A stretch of 64,000 bases of DNA. Origin: Camelus ferus. Taxonomy: Eukaryota. Both the position numbers and the translations under genes were made by a program. The stretch lies in the NCBI RefSeq assembly GCF_009834535.1, contig NC_045732.1:37014001-37078000 (forward strand), in the 5' to 3' direction. Each line of letters starts with the position of its first letter. The first letter of the stretch is position 1. Of this stretch, positions 24,416 to 36,205 are shown piece after piece. The notes under the pieces were generated by a model. The model made no database searches, was not told where the DNA came from, and was given only the letters and a program-made list of their open reading frames with translations.

Positions 24416-26064
24416 TCCCCCACTCTTTGTGCATGCCTGCCTGGCAAACCGCACAATTCTCCTGTGTGTCTACTGATGATTATATTCTTTTATTGCAAAT
24501 TAATTGAGCAGATAGAGGAATACATTTTTACTAATCTCGGTAAGTGCAGTAGCTGATAGAAAAATGCACAGAGCAATCTAAGAGATGGTTCTTTTCATTG
24601 TTTAACATTGGTATTTGACTTTCAAGGAGAAATAGAAGCGGGTGCTTGGCAAACTGTTTAGAATGCATCATCTTTACAAAGGCAGCAATATAAAAACCAC
24701 GATACTATTCCGCAGGTATGAAAGAGCAGCACAGAGAGGTTAATAGCTGCCTTAGTTCTACCAGCAAGAGCCCTCAGAGCTCTGATACTTCCAGCGCATG
24801 CATTCTATCTATACCCCTTCTTCTAAAGCTTGCAAGGATCTGTGAGGAAAAGAAAGAGCAAAATAAGGTATACTATATTTCCCCAGACAGAAGTTGAGAT
24901 ATTAACAGATGAAATCCTTTGTTCAAAAAGATCTGATGTGTACGTATAAACAAATGAAATCGATAAAAACAAACTCCTGTGGATGAAGAGTGAAGAGAGA
25001 GTAGAAACCTGTTCCTCTGCCCTCCTCTCCTCAGCAATGGCAGCTCCCGGTGACTTCTCAGAATCTCTGACACCTTCCAGAAACATTTATTGCCATCCAG
25101 GTCTGATAAACTGGTGAATGCTTAACCTGTGTTTTGGACTGGGGTCTGAGGCTTCTTTTTGATCAGTGACCAAAACTGCAGAGGCAGTCCCTTCTTGGAG
25201 GTAAAGTCCTTCCATTTAATCTCCTTCAAGAACTGTTGAAGGCTTTGACTCCTACTTCTGGACACTTTCTGTAGCCCCTCTTCCTACTCCTACCTTGTAA
25301 GTTCAGGCTGGTTGAGAATCTTTACAGCACAAAGAGAGAAATGAAAAGGCAACAAACTAATCCTGGGTTGTTACCAAAATGACTTCTAGTCAAAGTAAGA
25401 CTATGACTTGGAGCAGATCTGCCAGGAGGTCTTAAACTTTGTTTGAAACCTTTCTCCACAGTCCCCAAACCCTCAATGGCATTCACCCCTGTGCTAGGCA
25501 CATAGTAGGTACACGATGAATACTTCCTCGATGACTGTGTAAGTAGTCATATTTGTTTGGGTGATTTTCCCTGCTTAGAAACAGATTAAGTACTCAAGAG
25601 TGATGAGTGATTATAATCATCACTAAATTCCATTAGCTCACTTTACACAGAATAGAAAATTCCATTAACAAAATTAGGAGATGTTCGTAAGTGAAAAGAA
25701 TGGGTCCTCCCTCTAGAGTCAAAATCCTTCCGACATTTGTTCAACAAGTATTTGCTGACTACTTCCTATATACCAGTATTTATTCTAGGTCCCTGAGAAT
25801 GATGTATCAGCGATCAAAACAGAGAAAAATCCCTGCCTTCATGGAGCTGACATTCTAGCTGGCACAGACAATAAACAATAGACATAATAAATAAGTGGAT
25901 GATTTAGTATGTTGGAAGGTGATAAGTGCTCTCAGCAAGGAGAAGACTGCCTGGAACTGAGGGAAAAACATGTACTCTGTTATTTGAATTTCACCTTTTA
26001 CTCTGCATAAAATGGAGGAATCTTTGGAGAGTTTTGAACACTGGAGGGAGATGATCTAACTTGC

Positions 26065-26066
26065 AT

Positions 26067-26113
<47 letters not shown>

Positions 26114-26116
26114 TTT
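26065..26116. repeat. (ATTT)13 microsatellite
   Basis: Perfect tetranucleotide array. Confidence 0.97.
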
Positions 26117-27074
26117 TTGCAATTACTATTTTATTTTTAAATTATTTTTGTAACTCGCATTTTAAATGGGTCTCTCTGCTCTGTTGAGACTAATGCGGGG
26201 GCTGGGGGTAGAGACAAGATAGAAGCAGTAAAAGCTGTCAGAAGGTCACCGCTGTACATAAAGCGTGGGGCCAGGGTGGTAGCAGAGGAAGGGGTAAGAG
26301 GGTCAGATGCGGGGTATGAATTGAAGGGAGAGTCAACAAGATCCCTGATGTATCAGGTAAAAGAGAGGTGTCAAGGATGACTTCAAGGTTTCTGTCTAAC
26401 CAACTGTGAGCAGGATGGAGCGGGACAGAGCAGGTTGGGCAGGACGAGTTTTGGAAGGACTGAGTTTGATCTTTCTATTAGATACACAAGCGAAGATGTT
26501 GAAAAGGCAGTTGGATATTAGTTTGGAGTACTGGAGTGAGATTTGGCCTAGAGATACTTGAGAGTCATCAGCATACAGATGGTACTTAAGGCTATGGGAC
26601 CAGATACAATTATAAAGGAAATGAGTGCAGATGGAGGGAAGAGGACCAAGGACTAGCCGTGGGGCACATCAACATTAAAAGGTCAAGGAAAATAAAAGGA
26701 ACCAGCAATAGAGATTGAGAAGGAGCAACTACCAAGGTAGATGTAAGAGCAAGGAGTAGTGGTGTCCTGGATGGTGTGTGAAGAAAGCTTATCGGGAGAA
26801 GTGGTGAACAACTTTGTTAAATGCTGCAAAGTCAAGAAAAATAAGAACTGAAATGGCCACTGGATGTAGCAATGTGAAGGTCATTGGTAAACTTGGTGAG
26901 TGGAGTTTTGGTGCAGTGTTGGGGGGCCAAAGCCTTATAGAAATAGATTTGAGGGAAATGAGACAAGAAGAACTGGAGAGAGAAACTAAAAACAAGAGTT
27001 TTGCTGCAAAGAAAGCAAAGACTTAAATGGATACCTGGCAGGGGAAATAGGCACAAGAGAAAGTTTGCATTTGT

Positions 27075-27235
27075 TATTTTATTTATTTTTTTAACACCTT
27101 TATTGTGGTATGATTCCTGTACAGTAAACTACACACATTTCAGATGTACACTTTGATGAATTTTGATAGATGTATACACCACAATGATGATAGATGAAAC
27201 CACCACCACAATCAAGATAGCTAACATTTCCATAT
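27075..27235 (-). mobile_element. L1M 3'-end fragment nested in L2
   Basis: T-tract then tttattgtggtatgattcctgtacagtaaactacacacatttcagatgtacactttgatgaattttga...caccaccacaatcaagata. Confidence 0.75.
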
Positions 27236-27499
27236 TGTTTTATTAATGAATGAAAAAATGAGAAGAGCCTGCTCAAGATGCAGATAATGAAAGGGAGAAA
27301 GGGAAGAATTGTTAGAGTAACGTCCATGAGTAGGGCATGGCTTCCAGTGCACACATGGGGCATGGCAAGTCCATCTACGCTTAATAGGAAGGGAAGTAGA
27401 ATGCTGGCAGGTGAGAAAATGGGGTGATGGAATCTGCAAGGTCTCTGTTACCATTTTTTTCATTGAGGTAGGACATAAGGTTATCAACTGAGTGCTGGC

Positions 27500-28030
27500 T
27501 CTACTTTCAACATATATCAAGAATTCATTTTCTCATTGCTTCAGCTGCTACCATGCTGGTCCAAGCTCTCAACTCTAAGCCAGATTTTTGCAATGGTCTT
27601 CTGACTGGTCTCCCTGCTTCTGCCTTCCCCCACTATGGATGTTCTATTAAAACATAAGTCTAATCGTGTCATCCTCTGCTCCAATCCTACCATGGCTTCC
27701 CATCTTACTCCAACAAAAGTTAAAGTTGTTGCTTCCTCCCCACCGTCCTTCTGCAGCCTCACTGCCTAGTACTCTCCTCCTCACACACTCTACCTTCCAA
27801 GCCAAATTTCTTGTGCCTTGAACCCACCAGTCCTGACCCTTCCTCAGGACCTCAGGATATGGTCTTTCCACTGTCTGATATGTTTCACTGTGGCTTCCTT
27901 GATCATGGTAAAATGACAGCTCCAATTCCATACAGTCCCTATCTCCCATCCCTGCTCTATTTTTCATATAGTATTTGTCAATATCTAACATATAACATAT
28001 TCAATGTACACATACTTGAGAATGAATGAG
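27500..28030 (+). mobile_element. L2 (L2a-like) 3' portion, head-to-head with the previous L2
   Basis: gctaccatgctggtccaagc...gcaatggtcttctgactggtctccctgcttc...atcctctgctccaatcctaccatggcttccc...gaatgaatgag. Confidence 0.8.
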
Positions 28031-28063
28031 TACATTTCAGAACCATGCTGTGAGGCTGAGACC

Positions 28064-28484
28064 TGTTGCAGTCACTCAACAGACACAAGATGTGCCTCCC
28101 ACCCAAATTTAGTTTGATTGTTGACAGTGAGGATACCACACATGCACCAAGAGGGTATGAAAAGGTTTATTACTCACATAATGTGGCTTTCTGGGGAGGG
28201 TGGGCTGGCTCCAAAGTTGGTCCAAAAGTGGCATTAGAGAGCAAGGAAATGGTATTAGCTTGGGCTTTTATTGTGCTTGGGGCCGGGGGGCGCTGGGGTG
28301 AGGATTCCCATGTACAGGCAAGGACTTGTGTAGTTTGAACCTCCCGCTAGTGCCAAAGGAGGAAGCATCTGCACCTTCTTATCAGCTTGCCCAGATATAG
28401 GGCAGAAGGAGAAGGGAGAGTGACGATGGGCTTGGAAGCTGGTAGCAATCAAACATCATAAATTGAGTCAGATACTTTATTACA
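28064..28484 (-). mobile_element. Solo ERVL LTR (MER54-like)
   Basis: Termini tgttgc...tttattaca; internal ccaagagggtatgaaaaggtttattactcacataatg...cttatcagcttgcccagat matches the recalled MER54 consensus. Confidence 0.75.
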
Positions 28485-28766
28485 GGATCCATAGCAAGTA
28501 GGACTGTTGGTGTGTTTCATGTTCTCTGACTCTACCTGTCATGTAGCACCTCAGATCTGCAAGGGATCTTAGGGCTCTAGGCAAACTGACTGATTTTCCA
28601 GATGAAGACTGAGTCCAGTTCCACTATGTCATCCTGTTTCTGTAGATCCCAATGGAAGTTGGCTCAGGGGCTAGCTCCCCTTTGGTAAAGCTCTAGGTTC
28701 TTAAAAACAATCTTGAACAAGTTTTTAGACTCTTTGACTCTCAAAACTCCTGTCTATAAAATTCTT

Positions 28767-29056
28767 TTTTTTAAATTTTTAATTAAAAAAATTTTTATTG
28801 AAGTATAGTCGGTTTACAATGTTGTGTTAATTTCTGGTGTACAGCATAGTGATTCAGTTATATATATGTTTAGAGATATATTCTTTTTCATTATAGGCTA
28901 TTACAAGGTATTGAATATAGTTCCCTGTGCTACACAGTAGGACCCTGTTTATCTATTCTGTATATAGTAGTTCTGTATATAGTCTGCTAATCCCAAACTC
29001 CCAATTATCCCCCTACCCACCCCCTTCCCCTCTGGTAACCATAATTTTGTTTTCTC
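28767..29056 (-). mobile_element. 5'-truncated artiodactyl/camelid L1 3' end
   Basis: T-tract then attgaagtatagtcggtttacaatgttgtg...ttccctgtgctacacagtagg; 11-bp TSD ataaaattctt (28756-28766 / 29057-29067). Confidence 0.85.
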
Positions 29057-29956
29057 ATAAAATTCTTATAATAATATCTAATATGCTCTTTGTCTGAGTG
29101 AAGGATTTAACAGAAGAACCTTTATGAAGTGCCACCACCTGCTAGTGCTCTGTGACTATAGTCATTCTAGAGTCGGAACATAGTGGCCTCTAGCTAAAAA
29201 CCATTTGGTCTGGGCATATTTAAGGGAATACTTTTAAGTGTTAAATAGGTAGAATATAATTATTTTTTAATGTAGTAACAGAAATGAGAACAATTGCTTC
29301 CTTGTGGATATTTTTGTTTTACTTTTGCTTAAGAAAGTTTTCAAATGAACAGAAAATAGGGAGATGAGCATAATGAACACACACCAGTACCCCTTACATC
29401 AATCTAACAACTGTTAATATGTCGCCTTTTTTGATTTATCTATTCATTTTTGTCAGTGAAATATTTTAAAGTAAATGAAGGCTATAATGACATTTTATCC
29501 CCAATACATCAGTGTGCATATTTCAAATAAATAAGAATATTTTCCTGTATAGCTACAATATCATTTTCACACTTAACAAAAATGATTTGTTGATCTCATT
29601 TAATACCTGTCTGTATTCAAATTGCATTATTCAAATTGTGTTAAGCCTTCAGTGGGTTATTTCATGAAACTTTGGGCCAAATTCTCCTTCATGGGTCTAA
29701 GATTCCTCATCCCCCAATTCACCATGCGATTAATGATTTCCTCCTTTCTCATGGGAAACAGGTGCGATTAGAAAAGTGTGACTGTTGCATATTTCCCAAA
29801 AGATCAGTTAGGTATATTACAACAAGGAGGAAAAAAGTAATGTTTGTAAGATTCCTCAGACAAGTCTCTATCTTATAATTATACTTATTTGCTTTTACAT
29901 GTGTATCTAAGAAAGCCTGCCTATTGAATCTGTCTCAAATAAGATAGTAAAGTTCT

Positions 29957-30087
29957 TTTGGGGGGGCAGGGGGAGGTAATTAGGTTTGTTTGTTTACTTT
30001 TTGATGGAGGTACTGGGGATTGAACCTAGGACCTCATGCATGCTAAGCACGCACTCTACCACTGAGCTATACCCTCCCCCCAACAAA
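29957..30087 (-). mobile_element. Vic-1-type camelid SINE (tRNA-Ala-derived)
   Basis: Minus strand reads GGGGAGGGTATAGCTCAGTGGTAGAGTGCGTGCTTAGCATGCATGAGGTCCTAGGTTCAATCCCCAGTACCTCC plus tail; intact A/B boxes; perfect 13-bp TSD atagtaaagttct (29944-29956 / 30088-30100). Confidence 0.9.
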
Positions 30088-30429
30088 ATAGTAAAGTTCT
30101 AATTGGATGTCACCATTTCACATAATTTTGCCCAGGGTACGTGATAAAAGGGCCCTGCTTGTGCCCACAGAGTTTGGGGTAGACCCCTCTCTGCGTCATC
30201 CTCCTCAGACCAAAGGAATGTGTTGTGAGGGGGTGGGCAGGAGCCATCCTTATCTTCTCAGATGTCTGCAGTAATCTCACATTCCATGGAGGATTGAAGA
30301 GTAGTGAGGGTAATGTGTGAGTGATCTTAGCCTTGTCTTGGATGAAGGATAAATAAAACAGTTGAATGGCCCTTTGATCATGCTGACTTTTAGTGACCTG
30401 AAACTGCCATTTCAATGCTCACTTTATTT

Positions 30430-30870
30430 TTAATTTTTTAAAAATCAAGGTATAATTTACACATAGGAAAATGCACAGCTCTTAACTTTACAGTTCAAAA
30501 AGTGTTGAAGAAAACATATTCCCATGTATATGGGTATGTAACCTACAAACTCTATGAAGGTATAAAACATTCCTCTTACCCCAGAAAGCTCATCAGTGCT
30601 CCTTCCCAGCCAGTCACCCTCTCCAGAAGCAACTACAGTTTTAATTTCTGCCACTCTATGTTAGTTTGGCCCATTCTAGAGTCTCACATAAATGGAATTA
30701 TACATTATCTACTCTTTTGTGTCTAGCTTCTTTTATTCAATATAATGTTTGTGAGATTCATCCATGTTGCATATATTAGTAGTTCATTCTTTTTTTATTA
30801 CTGAGTAATATTCCATTGTAATCCATGATATGCAGTACTACAGTTTATTTGCCCATTTTCCTGGTGGACA
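30430..30870 (-). mobile_element. Ancient L1 (L1MC/L1ME-type) 3' end
   Basis: tataatttacacataggaaaatgcacag...aaatggaattatacattat...gtgagattcatccatgttg. Confidence 0.8.
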
Positions 30871-31184
30871 TCATTATGTATTTTAAAGAATAAAAAGGAG
30901 GAATAGCCTCTAAAAGAGAACAATGCCCCATATCGCCTGGTTCTGAACAAGAGGGTGGAGAGGTGGGCACACATCTGAAGGAGAGTTAAGTGCTGGTACA
31001 GAAAATTTCACCTGCTTCTCCTGGTTCCTCAGTTTGCTCTCCCTGGGAATTTCCTATCAGAGAGGCTGGTGAGATTGAAAGATTTTGACTTTTCAGTTGA
31101 GATAGTGCCAATTCCTCATAATTTTGTTTGCTAAGTTAATTCTTTTTTTCAAAATGCCTTTTTTTTCTCTCTCTTTTACTGTAG

Positions 31185-31272
31185 GTTTTGCACTTCTGGG
31201 AGGACACCCCTGCTTTCTGACCACACAAGACATTCATTTGGGTGTGAATGAAAGTCTCACGGACACAGCCCG
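31185..31272 (+). CDS. OTC: OTC exon 4
   Basis: tag acceptor; 88 nt; (G)[29 protein letters not shown]; donor CG|gtttgt. Confidence 0.99.
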
Positions 31273-31769
31273 GTTTGTAAATCTTCTCTTTGAAGCTTAT
31301 TTCAGAATTGATGGACAAATTTCGAAAAGAAAATATGCTTCTCTTTAAATAATGGTTTTCCCTCTCAGCATCCTTTGGACTGTTCTCTGTTTTCCTTCTT
31401 TCCCTCTTTCACTGATGTTCTGAATGTCCCTCATCCTCTGACCACTTTCCTTGATGTCCTTCATCCTCTGGCCACTTCCCATGAGTTAAGAAAAATTTTT
31501 TTCTTCGCAATTTGAAGAGGTTTCTGATTATAAAATTCCAACCTTCGGGAAATTTAGTCATCAAGCCTGACTGTTATGTTTTACCCTTGAAGAAATGGAG
31601 GTCCAGGGAAATTGACATGTTCCATGACCCATAAGCAGTTAGCATCAGAGCAGGTAGCGATATTAATAGCTAACACTTATTGAATGTTTATTATGTGTCA
31701 GGCATTGTTCTAACTCATTTAATCCTTATAACAACCCAAACAGATTGGCATAAAGAAGTGAGACAACTT

Positions 31770-32120
31770 AATTAGGGACATACTAGCTACTATAACACAA
31801 AAATCTCAAAATGTCAATGGCTTAACATAGCGCAAATGTTTCTGATTGAGAAGATGGGAGGACTGATTATTTATGTGGCCATGCAGGGACTCTAGATGAC
31901 AGTGGCTCTACCATCTTCAACACGTGGCCTCCAAGGTTATCCTGGGTGCCAATATCCAGCCAGGAGCTGGAGGAAGAGAGCATGGAGACAGGATACTTGC
32001 TTCAAAGCCACCTTAGCAAGGAAGCAGCAGTCACTTTCGCTCACATTCTATTGGCAAGTACGAGTAGCTCACCCCCCAACCCCACCTAGATGAAAGTGGA
32101 GGTGGGAAAAGGCTCTTAAC
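31770..32120. mobile_element. Old MaLR LTR fragment (MLT1I/J-like)
   Basis: tagctactataacacaaaaatctcaaaatgtcaatggcttaac...ccatcttcaacacgtggcctccaagg...gctcacattctattggc. Confidence 0.65.
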
Positions 32121-32762
32121 CACTATACTACAGAGGCTGAAACAAAGGCCCCCTGACTCCCCATGCAGTGCTCTCACCATTATATCATGTCTGATTGAGA
32201 AATCCAGAGCAAATGTCTTTGTTTAAATATTTTGCCCTTGATATCAAAGACTTATGATTATTTTCTGAAAATGGCGTGCCATAAAGTAACTCCTTGCAGG
32301 CACCGTTTGCTTTTCATGGCGGCTACCCTAGTATATACTAAATGGTCCACCTCACTTGAATTGCTGAAGATATTTGAAACAACTCATCTTTAAACCTTTT
32401 AGTTATGTTATCTCAGATGGGACAATGTTAGGATTAAGAAGTGTTGTTTTCATCTTCTGGATGCAAGGGACAAAAAGAATAAATAAACATCAATGAGTTT
32501 TTCTTCCAAATATGCTACCACTGACTGGAATTATATTTGTCTAATAATTCCATTTCCACAAAAGTGAAATATACTTTATTCAAGAGCAACTATTACAAGC
32601 TGGTTAAGAGCCAAAGCCGGGGACACAACCAGGAAAGAAGTTTCCGTGGGGATCCTCTATATAGGATCAAGTGAATGATGATGAATGAGTTACGTGTGAA
32701 CTAGTGGTTGGAAGAGGAACAGCTGAGCATCCAGTAAAGAGCTAAGGAGTGCAGGTTGGCCC

Positions 32763-32799
32763 AGAGCCCAGAAATCAGAGGTTAGAGCCCAGAAATCAG
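32763..32799. repeat. 16-bp direct repeat (period 21)
   Basis: agagcccagaaatcag-aggtt-agagcccagaaatcag. Confidence 0.9.
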
Positions 32800-33139
32800 T
32801 GGAGTGGGCAGGACCCAAAAAGCAAGAGACAAATAGCTAAGCATGGGTTGAAAGCCAAGGATGGGTAGAAACATGTTCTTTTCTGTGCTTGCTCTCCACA
32901 CAACAATTCCCACTGCAAGTACTTAGTTAGAGGAGCTCTACACAGATCCTGGGAAAAAAACAATTTGCTCACAAGTTCCAGCATGATTGGGACCTTTTAG
33001 TGCATATAATTAGTTCCACTGCTATACAGATATATGGATACGTAAAACTGGATTCACAGAATTCCTTCTGATCATTCTGTCTTATCCAAAAGACTCAAAG
33101 GAAAATAACAGCTCCTCCTTAAAGGGTGTATACTATGGA

Positions 33140-33300
33140 CCTCTTATACTATTATCTCTAAATCTTTGTAAAAACCTTACACGGTAAGTATTATTGGCCC
33201 AATTTTATAAATGACGAATCCATGACTCAGAGAAGTAATAGAGCTTAGCAGCTAAGTCAGCATTTAAATCATGCCGTCGTTTTTAAGGCCATACTGTTTT
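33140..33300 (-). mobile_element. MIR
   Basis: gtaagtattattggcccaattttataaatgacgaatccatgactcagagaagtaa. Confidence 0.65.
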
Positions 33301-33373
33301 GACTTACCCCTACCGTCTCTTATATAAGCCTACGAGAGGGGTAGTGAAATAAGTTATGGGAAGTACTGGCTTG

Positions 33374-33933
33374 TGTGTCACAAGGTCCCCACGACCACCC
33401 CAATGCTTGATGGTTCACCAGGAAGGTTCACAGGACTCAGCATTTAGTCGTACTCATGGCTATGATTTATTACAGGGAAAGTATACCAAGCACAATCAAC
33501 AAAGGGAAAAGGCACATGAGGAGAAATCTGAAGGAAACTAGGTGCAAGTTTCCAAGAGTCCTCTCCCAGTAGAGTCCTCAGAATGCACTTAATTCCCTTA
33601 GTAATGAGTTGTGACAAAATGTGCAAAATGTTGTCCACCAGGGACGTTCCTTAAAGATTCAGTGCCCAGGCTTTCCATTGGGGGATGATCACACAGCATC
33701 CTCTGTTTGATATGTACCCAAATTCCAGACTCCTGGAAGGAAAGCGGGTGTTAATTTTAGATCATATTGTTTGTAAAAACATTTTAGGCATACTGAGCTA
33801 CTCTTATCAGTCCTGGGAGTGGTGGAAACCCTTCCCAAGTTGAAGTTCCTAGATTCCACCCAAGGGCCAACCTTACAAGCAGTCCTTTCAAAGGACAGCA
33901 GTCAGGACTGCTATGTTAACTCTTTTCTGCATG
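33374..33933 (-). mobile_element. Solo ERVL LTR (MER21-like), copy 1
   Basis: tgtgtcacaaggtccccacgaccaccc...ctatgttaactcttttctgca; 5-bp TSD gcttg (33369-33373 / 33934-33938). Confidence 0.8.
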
Positions 33934-34211
33934 GCTTGGAAATCACAAGACTTAAGATCTAATCCAACCTTCGCCACTTTACCTACTCTGTGACCCCCAT
34001 AGGTGAAAATTTCTCTGGATCCTAGTTTCCTCTTCTATTAATTGGGGGAGGTCTGATCCCTAAGGTCCATTTTACATTCTTAAGTGTATGCAGATGTACT
34101 AGATATAAAGTCAGAGTCCTTACAGAGGTGTGCCCTGATGTAAACTATGTGTAAACTGATGCAGAGAAATTTGGATCTGCAAAGATAGGAGGTAAGAGAG
34201 AGAATGCCAAG

Positions 34212-34392
34212 GGTTCTAAAACTAATTTAAGAATTATGTCGGGGAACTTGTTAAAATGCAAAAGTCTAGGTCCCACACTCAGAAATTCTAATTCTGCCGG
34301 TTGGGGTTCAGTTGGTGTCTGGGAATCTGTATTTTAGCAAGCTATTCAAATTCTGCTGCAATGGTGGCTGGACGGCGTTTTGAGAGCCCCTG
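34212..34392. mobile_element. MER5-family hAT-Charlie MITE
   Basis: gggaacttgttaaaatgcaaaagtctaggtcccacactcagaaattctaattc...gggaatctgtattttagcaag. Confidence 0.65.
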
Positions 34393-34919
34393 AATTGGGA
34401 GGTTGTGTAGTAATCCTGGGCTGTTGTGCTGTAAGTCTACGCTTGTAAAGAGGAGACAGCTAATAATATGGTTTCATGTTAACTGAATGTGAAGGGTATA
34501 CTAATAGTGGAGGCAAAATAATTTCAGATTTGTTATTCTTACAATATATATGTATATATTAGCAGAAGCAGGAAAATGAAAGGAGTTTCTGCTTTGGGGA
34601 GAAGGTGATAGATTAAGCATTGGACATATTGCGTTAAAGGTTGAACCTCCAAGTACAAATGTCCCTGAGTCACTGGAGATAAAGGCCTTAGGTAAAGTTG
34701 AGAGCTGGAGAAATCGAAGTATAAACTCTGGTAGAAAAGGAGCTTCAGAGTATCATTGCTAGAGAATTGCAGAAGGCTGAACCTGGCTCTGGACCTGCAG
34801 TTAGGGAGGGACAGGAGGAAATAATTAGGGTCCAGCGAAAATAAGCATAGTGCAATATCAGAAGAGGCTGGAATGGGAGATGGGGATGAGAGAAAAGGGG
34901 TAGAGTAGCTACCATGGAA

Positions 34920-35465
34920 ATCTGACTTTCTTTTGTGCACCCCATTACTGCTTTATCTGCCAAAATATCTGACAAACAAGATATGGCTGAGATTCAGACA
35001 TTCAATAAATCTAAACTGAAGAAGACAAGAGAAATCCACTTGCCTTTCTTAGAAGTAATTAAACAGGAGAAGCGAGGAAATGAATCTTAATGACATCTAC
35101 CCTGCTGATACACGTGGTACAATCCATAGCAATTGCGTCCTTGCCTTTTGTAGAAGTTAAACTTTGTAAGATGCAGAGAGATTGGATGATGTTTAAATGA
35201 CAGTGCTGGCCCTTTCAAGTCAAGAGAACAGTGCACACCTGACACTGATTGACGGTGTTGCTTCTCTATCTGCCTGTCCGGCTGCCTTGGGGGCCTGGTG
35301 GAACAAAAAAAGTGTCTTCCCGTCGGTGAAAAAAAGAACCTGATGGGGAATACACTGAACGTGGCAACAGAAAAAAGAAAAAAGCAAACTGGGCCAGTCT
35401 CCTGAAAACTGTTAAATGCAATTTCCAAAATGTCACTTATTTAGTCAACTGATTTAATTATTCAT
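34920..35465 (+). pseudogene. TMSB4X: Processed pseudogene of thymosin beta-4 (TMSB4X-like retrocopy) in OTC intron 4
   Basis: Intronless; start codon mutated to ATA (34965), then SDKQDMAEIQTFNKSKLKKT...LPFLEVIKQEKRGNES-TAA (35090). Downstream sequence matches the TMSB4X 3'UTR (aactttgtaagatgcagagagattggatgatgtttaaatgacagtgctggccctttc). Confidence 0.9.
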
Positions 35466-35870
35466 TGATTCAAAAATATCTGTTGAATGCCTAGTTTTTC
35501 TTCCAGGCATTGTTTTAGCACTGAGAATAGAGTGCTGATCAAATCAAACAAAATACTTTTTCAAGTGGAAATTACATTCTTGAGGGAGGACGCTTTCACT
35601 AAGCAACAACAACAACAAAATAAAGCATGAATAGAATAGGAGGTGGAAATAAGTGCTATGGTGAAGCCAAAGCAGGGTGATCTGTGGGTGGACTGGGGGT
35701 CACTTAGGTTGGGTGGTCAGGGAAGACTTCTCTGAGGAGGTGGCAGTTAATTTGAGAGTTCATTGAAAAGACAGAGCCAGCTATGGGAAAAGCATCTCAG
35801 ACAGAAAGAACTGCTGGTATGAAAACTTAAGGCAAGAACAAGCTTGATGCATTCAGGAACAGAAGGACAG
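35460..35870 (-). mobile_element. L2 3' fragment
   Basis: ttcattgattcaaaaatatctgttgaatgcct...gtggtcagggaagacttctctgaggaggtggcag. Confidence 0.75.
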
Positions 35871-36205
35871 CCAGAAATGTTTTTACATCTGCAAATAAAC
35901 ATACTTAAACTTTGCAAATTAAAAAAAAAAATGTACCCTTACAACTTGGTCCTGTCTCAGACACCAAAGGAAGGAAAAATCAGATCAAGGAGTGAAAAAA
36001 AAAAAACTAAATAAATATTCAAAATAAAATGTATTGCTCTTTTCTTACTTGACTGCAATAATAAAACCTGTTCAGTTTTCATAATATAGTGGGTGAATTC
36101 TCCTTAGCTAAGTTTCAGCTGAGCATTGTGTAATCTGAGGGTGCTCGTGGGGAGTGAAGAGGAGCACTGAGATGGAGCTGTCAACTGATATAGTGGAGGA
36201 GCTGG

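Larger units (their letters stand above)
25735..27490 (-). mobile_element. L2 (L2a-like), ~1.7 kb, interrupted by an A-tail insertion and an L1 fragment
   Basis: catttgttcaacaagtatttgctgactac...ccctgccttcatggagctgacattctag...gtgtcaaggatgacttcaaggtttctg...gtgaaggtcattggtaaacttgg. Confidence 0.85.

Noticed and set aside
24536-24546. Perfect donor TCG|GTAAGT in intron 3 as a cryptic exon
   Set aside because: GTAAGT hexamers are expected many times in 64 kb, and there is no strong acceptor or coding signal upstream.
25735-28030. Head-to-head L2 pair as a pre-mRNA hairpin
   Set aside because: Copies are ancient and highly diverged, so stable pairing is unlikely.
30005-30081. tRNA-Ala(AGC)-like sequence on the - strand (also 43010-43085 and 51191-51262)
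   Set aside because: Mismatches in the acceptor and T stems, attached SINE tail and flanking TSDs show these are Vic-1 SINE heads, not tRNA genes.
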